Under the pieces are notes generated by a model, which worked only from the letters and a program-made list of their open reading frames with translations, was not told the DNA's origin and made no database searches. Source: a virus (taxonomy: Duplodnaviria > Caudoviricetes). From it: DNA of 64,000 nt. This document shows positions 63,757-64,000 of this stretch, in pieces. The DNA is taken from the IMG/VR virus record IMGVR_UViG_3300013121_000028, positions 38,496-102,495 of that record, one strand, 5' to 3'. Position numbers and translations under genes: made by a program. Each line of letters starts with the position of its first letter. Within the stretch, counting starts at the first letter, position 1.

Positions 63757-63975
63757 ATGGAAAATAATAACGATAACAAAAACAAAATAATTGAAGTTAA
63801 GATAACTTATGATGAATGGATTAAAAGTCCTTTCCCTCAAATGCACCCTTTGCAAATTGATACTACAACAAGATATATAGTAACTAATTGTCCGCCTGAA
63901 TATGCAGAGCATTTAAAAAAATCAGGAATTAAATTTGAATTGATAAAATCAGATAATAAAATAAATAGAAAATAA
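63757..63975 (+). CDS. hypothetical protein
   Basis: 72 aa ORF. Confidence 0.5.
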   Translation: MENNNDNKNKIIEVKITYDEWIKSPFPQMHPLQIDTTTRYIVTNCPPEYAEHLKKSGIKFELIKSDNKINRK

Positions 63976-64000
63976 GCAAGTAATATAAACTAATAAATAA

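Noticed and set aside
1-64000. Eukaryotic giant virus (NCLDV) origin suggested by GG polyproteins and membrane proteins
   Set aside because: Peptidoglycan amidase, transglycosylases, holin/spanin candidates, bacterial RNAP domains, overlapping operonic genes and an intrinsic terminator point to a bacterial host
1-64000. Stop-codon reassignment as seen in some Bacteroidota phages
   Set aside because: The standard code already gives long, tightly packed ORFs with intact known enzymes

Overview
Very AT-rich, densely coding fragment of a large dsDNA bacteriophage genome. The host is most likely Bacteroidota, based on TAnnTTTG promoter boxes, A-rich leaders without Shine-Dalgarno sequences, and a SusC-type N-terminal domain. 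The window has three blocks. (1) 1-14.9 kb, + strand: early/replication genes, including HNH and GIY-YIG nucleases, a sigma4-alphaCTD fusion, a putative annealing protein, ThyA, DUF3310, VRR-NUC, a replication initiator, and a tRNA-shaped non-coding element. (2) 14.9-59.3 kb, one - strand late block: lysis genes, spike/fibre genes, about 34 membrane-anchored proteins, a candidate single jelly-roll-like major capsid protein with two paralogues, and a zincin protease. I recognise no terminase, portal, HK97 capsid, tail tube/sheath or tape measure, which suggests a large tailless membrane-containing virus. (3) 59.5-64 kb, + strand: glycosyltransferase, SNF2 helicase and an ADP-ribosyltransferase-like protein. 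Two systems stand out. First, three adjacent polyproteins built from 45-120 aa modules separated by a repeated [FYML]xxGG linker, all ending in a shared LRPxY-containing C-terminal tag; this is a candidate protease-processed virion cargo system. Second, an array of 10-11 genes sharing a tripartite KILGMPK + TM helix + basic C-terminal anchor and an N-terminal DxLNxNLLD-like motif; this is a candidate new protein-sorting signal. All family calls are by-eye motif recognition; no database searches were run.
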